The notes beneath the pieces were generated by a model that saw only the letters and a program-made list of their open reading frames with translations, did not search any database and was not told the origin of the DNA. From Utricularia gibba (Eukaryota; Plantae; Magnoliophyta), in contig NEEC01000012.1 in NCBI GenBank assembly GCA_002189035.1, positions 2,294,001 to 2,358,000 on the forward strand: a stretch of 64,000 nt of DNA. The letters are read 5' to 3'. The first letter of the stretch is position 1; each line of letters starts with the position of its first letter. The position numbers were made by a program, and so were the translations under genes. Shown in pieces: positions 59,419 to 64,000 of this stretch.

Positions 59419-61290
59419 AAATCATTTAGATTTCGTAGACTTGTTTGTTCATCTGCAATCCTGTATCAACAGATCTTGAGTGCCACTTGATGAATATGGC
59501 TGTGAATTTTTAGTGACTGATCTTACTTCTTCAGGAACTAAGTATACATAGTTTTGTTGATCCTTCTGATGGCTGTCATCTGTTATATCCGAGTCCCTCT
59601 TAACATTACCTGATGGCATGCTTTAAATGATCATAGCAACGTACATACAGGCTTAGAGTTGGTGTGCTTGCTCGATTTCCTAATGAAGAAAATTGAATGT
59701 GTTTGACTTGGCCAACTAAAGTGCATGCACAAGGGCAATGAGTTTGAAAACGAATTTCTGGAAAAAAATTTGCTGCTGCATGCTGTCATTTTTGAAATTT
59801 CTGCATAGTTGAGAACCAACCACTAAATTCTAAAACACCAAGTGAGTCAAAAGATTTCAGGCATATCGTTAACCAAACCACAGGATTGCTGGAACTCTCT
59901 GAAAAGAGAAGCCATGAGTAAATCCGGAGTGGTTATGTAAAACATTTAACAGGGCAGCTTGAGGTGATGAAGATGCTGGTAGCATCCTCTCGCAATGTTG
60001 AATCAAACGTTGCAATGAAAATTCCAATTCATTGCATGTGATGAATCATTTACTGTAGGAAATTCGATGCAAATTTCAGTCTGTTAAAACAATTATGTTG
60101 CTGAGGAATTAAATCACTGAAACAACAGAAACTATTCTTTGATCCCCTTTGGCGCACACAGATTAGATTCATTTAAAAACCGGAGAGCTTCAAAGCAGTG
60201 CATTCCGACAACGCAAACTGAACACAACAGTTTTCATTAATGAAGTTGCTTACGCAGAGATGTGCATATGCAGAACTAACTGTATCAGTGGTCCACATTA
60301 AGGAATGAGGTAACACAGAAGCCCATCTCCCCTACTTGGTTTCATCTTTTAAACCTACGCCACAGAGAAAAGAGCACATCTCTCAAATCAATCTCCATTT
60401 GCAAAATGCATTCCAATTCATAGAGATCGAATTGACACACCAAAAGAGCACACAGAATTAACGGGAAATAAGTTCAAGTCAAGCAACATCAAAATACCAA
60501 ATGCTCATTCTACAAATACACAAATTGGGTTTCCCCAAGATAGCAGAAGAGAAGAAAGAAAATCAACAGTGAAATTTCCTGTAATTCAGTGGAGAAAAAA
60601 AAAAGAAGTGGTCCAGCAAGAATGATAAAAGCAACTCTTCGAAATCACCTAGCAACGCTGAATTGTCACTGTGGGAAACCAAATTGAGATCACTGGGCGG
60701 GATCTTGATCATACAAAGCTCCCTGCTGTGGATTCAACCTATTCTCGTACGCCTCCACCATCCGAGAGATATCTGCGTAGAGAACATTAGAGGCAATGCA
60801 CACTTACAGAAAGAGTATATTCTCTTTCTCCCGCACGGGTTGTCAATGCTTTTGATACATTTTTCTGTGTACTTTTAAGAAGTTATCAGATACTGTAAGA
60901 TAATAGAGACCAGAAACTTTTCCTCCGTAGTCGACATTGTGAGCTTTTGCCCTTGGGACATGAGGTTTTCCAGTAAACTTACACTTGGAATTCTTGTTAC
61001 TGCGCAAGGCGAAAACTTATTCGTGACAACAAAATTACGATTGAAAGTTCGAAATTGTCACATAATGAACTTCTATAAGCCAAAAACTCATACTGTGTCA
61101 AAGGAAGCATGACATGTTTCGCACATGCAAAAGAAAACATGAACAGCGGTGGAATGAAAAGAAAACAAAAGATATGCCGGGGTGAAGAGAGACAAGAAAA
61201 TGTGATTCATAGGCATTAGTGTGTGTTCACATGCATAACTCAAATTCCGTTGCAGTAAAAGAAAGACAAAGACCAACTAAATGGAGAACA

Positions 61291-62708
61291 TCACAATCTC
61301 TTCAAGCTTTTCTTTCTTGAATCGATCTTCTTTTTGTCCGCTGGAACTTTAGGTAATCCTGTTTCCTTCCTTACCACCAATGAAGCAGCCTTAGATTCGG
61401 TTACTCCCACCTCAGGTGCACTGCCAAGGTTGTCTTGGCCATTTTCTGTTTTCGGAGCCAAGGGAGAAGGTAATGGTGTTGCAGCTGCAGCGTTTTTTGC
61501 ATCAACGCACTTGGATGAAGTGTTCGTCTGCTCTGTCTGTAAAGCAGTAGTTGAATCTGAGATAACCTCTGTTTTGAGTTTTGGCTTTGCCTTGACGGCA
61601 TGTATTCCTGTGTACAGCCTGCACATTTATATCAAAGAACAAGCTGCTGAACCCTTGTTCATATTCTAGACAAAAATTCGAAATGTCAAGCATAAATAAA
61701 AAAAAACCAACACCATCCCATTGCATAACAATCCACACATTTTTGCATATGATCCTTAGAAGTCAGGTCTTACCTAGCATGTCTTGAATACTCATCATAA
61801 TTATCGAGCAGCATCTTGCCAGCCTGCTCATTGAGAGCAGATTCAGGAAATGGTTCGATAAGTAAGCATCTGATAACCTGTGCATCAAGCAATGCACAAG
61901 AAAATGCTTAACAGTACCAAGAGTGGTCATACTGAACAACATGTTACTTGCAGATAAAGGTTAGCAACCTGAAAATACTTACTGTTAGAACATGGCGCAA
62001 TCCAAGAGTCGGGTTCCAATCTTTCTTTAATGCATTCACACAAATCTCACCATTGGTAGAGATGTTTGGATGGAAGATTTTAGTCAGGAAAAAACCTGAA
62101 AATATATTTCTAAGCGAGTTAAAAATGGATGCAAGATTCCAAGTAGCTCACTCAGTACAGGGAGCCAAAATTGATTTTGCGGAATTCAAATTTAAACTAC
62201 TGGTTTCTTTACCCTTCGGAGGTGATTGAGGAAAATCATGGGACAGAGTTAATTTCATTCGGAAGATGCCATTTTCATAGGGGGTCCCAGCTGCAGGAAC
62301 TCAGACTCTATCAGTAAAAAAATTCAACCCGTTAGAAAGAAACGGTGACTAAGCTTGAAAAGAGACTACCTGGGCCTTCAATGTCGGCATAAATGATGGA
62401 GAAGTTATCCTCATTTATGCGTACTTTGATGCCTTCAGGTGGGACTTCATTGAGATTCTTTAGTTCCTTTGCCAGTTGCTTAACAACATTAGGAGGAAGA
62501 TTCTCATTCGCTGCCTACATGGGCAATTTCAAGACATTAGATTCTGATTATTTAAGGCTTTTTTTCTAACCTCTAGGAGATAAATATCCAAGCACCGTTT
62601 CAACTGGTCCTAAAGTATCGGTCTTTGAATGACTATTGAATTATAATTGAACAATGCATATGCTAAAGAGAAAAGTGTCGATGCAGGATGAAACTATAGT
62701 ATTACCAT
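61291..62708 (-). CDS. UBC22: Ubiquitin-conjugating enzyme E2 22 (UBE2S orthologue)
   Basis: Exons 62708-62706 (ATG only), 62514-62370, 62290-62213, 62095-61983, 61877-61774, 61618-61291. [22 protein letters not shown] motif, catalytic [21 protein letters not shown], and basic tail [14 protein letters not shown]. Confidence 0.95.
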
Positions 62709-64000
62709 GGAGCAGGTTGTCAGAAACCACAAGATGATTTCTTGACTATCTGAACAGAGATGAATATTCCAAATGCCCAATGATATTAAAATTGAAGACT
62801 ATGGGGTCACAAATCCACAAAACTGCAAGACAGTATAACAGGAATTATAAACAAGAAAACAGAAAGAAGTTTTCGAAGGAGGATATTATCATAAACTTCT
62901 GGAAAGCAACTTTTAGAGAAATCTATGATAAGGAGATTTTATCAAAATAGGTCAACATATGAAAGCCAAAAACTGGGGTCACCACAATATCAATCGTTTA
63001 ACAAAAGTAACAGCTAATAAAAGGAGAATCTAAGCGCACATATTCCATCCTGGGAATGAATAAAAGAAGATCTTTCAAGTTCAGAGAACCCCTCAGCCAA
63101 AACAAACCAGCTAATGTCGAACTTTAAAAAAATATTTTTTTTTCCTAAAATGCGACGCGATCATGAAAATTAAAACCAATATGCGTCACAGCACACTCAG
63201 GATACAGAAGCTGGTAGCACAAAACTGCCCAGATTCTACAAAAACCTTGCAGGACGTTCCGAAGTGCCAACAACACAACGCAGAAACCAGAAGGAGAAAG
63301 AACAAATCCAGAAGAAACTCCAGAACGTCACCCAATACTGATCTGAAAACTTGCAAGACGGAGGCGGCTCCGGTACCTGCGCTCCCCAATTCGCCTCAAA
63401 ATGGAATTCAGATACACTTTACAGCATTCTATCCACCAAGACAGAGAATGTGGGGAGAGATACGATACGTCTTCAAATCGCATGTATTGACCGGGATAAA
63501 AGACGGACGGAGACCTAGACATTGATATGCCCACTCCGATCTTACCGTTACACCCACATCCGCATCCAGAACGCTGTCGGCAATTCAAAAATCAAATTCC
63601 ATACAAAAAAGGGAAAAAATCACAATTCTAAAAAATAAAGACCTTCTTATCCAAGAAAGTTCAACCGAAAATTGCTCATTAAATAAAAAAGCTGAAATGA
63701 GATTAATTTATATAAAAAATATTTTAAAGTATGTATTTCACCATAATAAATGATTAAATAAAAGATACCTAATTAAAATGTAATGATTCATTATTTTTTA
63801 TATGATATTATTTATTTTGAATATTCAATCTTCATAATTTCTCGATTTTCCAAAAAAAAGATATCGTGCAAAATAAGAGAATATATCTATATAAATTGTA
63901 TTTTTTTCTATCTGTAATTGATGTAAAATTTGCTCAATATACTCCCACCTTTCTTTGGGGATTCTTCTGACCCTTCTTGTAAACTCAAATTATTGGTTGA

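Noticed and set aside
60038-60106. C/D-box-like GTGATGA...CTGA
   Set aside because: No terminal stem and no recognisable rRNA/snRNA guide.
1235-62708. U12-type (RTATCCTTT / AT-AC) introns in neighbouring genes
   Set aside because: All reconstructed introns have U2-type donors. RTATCCTT matches (~11289, ~11701, ~31674, ~55224) are not at exon boundaries.

Overview
Eudicot plant nuclear DNA, gene-dense with mostly short introns. No prokaryotic features or CRISPR arrays. I reconstructed 15 complete spliced or single-exon protein-coding genes by hand: group-III CDPK, RING-H2 E3, DCC thiol-disulfide oxidoreductase, MOS1, dCMP deaminase, LAMMER kinase AFC2, PRD2/MPS1, gamma-glutamyl peptidase, SMAX1, MATE/DTX, RLCK-VI, MAGL/CSE-like alpha/beta hydrolase, a small plastid membrane protein, an AREB3/DPBF-type bZIP and UBC22. 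The 3' end of one further ORF sits at the left edge. The best hidden feature, absent from the ORF track, is a complete minor-spliceosome U12 snRNA gene (minus strand, ~7508-7661) with its USE and TATA promoter. Other notable points: single-base frameshifts at C4 runs in MOS1 and GGP (assembly error or real lesions); likely GC-AG introns in PRD2 and MOS1; candidate uORFs in MOS1 and UBC22; a 290-bp head-to-head AFC2/PRD2 promoter; a Mutator-like MITE upstream of SMAX1; LINE relics; and an orphan promoter-like island in the ~10-kb SMAX1-MATE intergenic region. I found no clearly new biological system. Family assignments come from recalled motifs, not database searches, and exon coordinates were read by eye.
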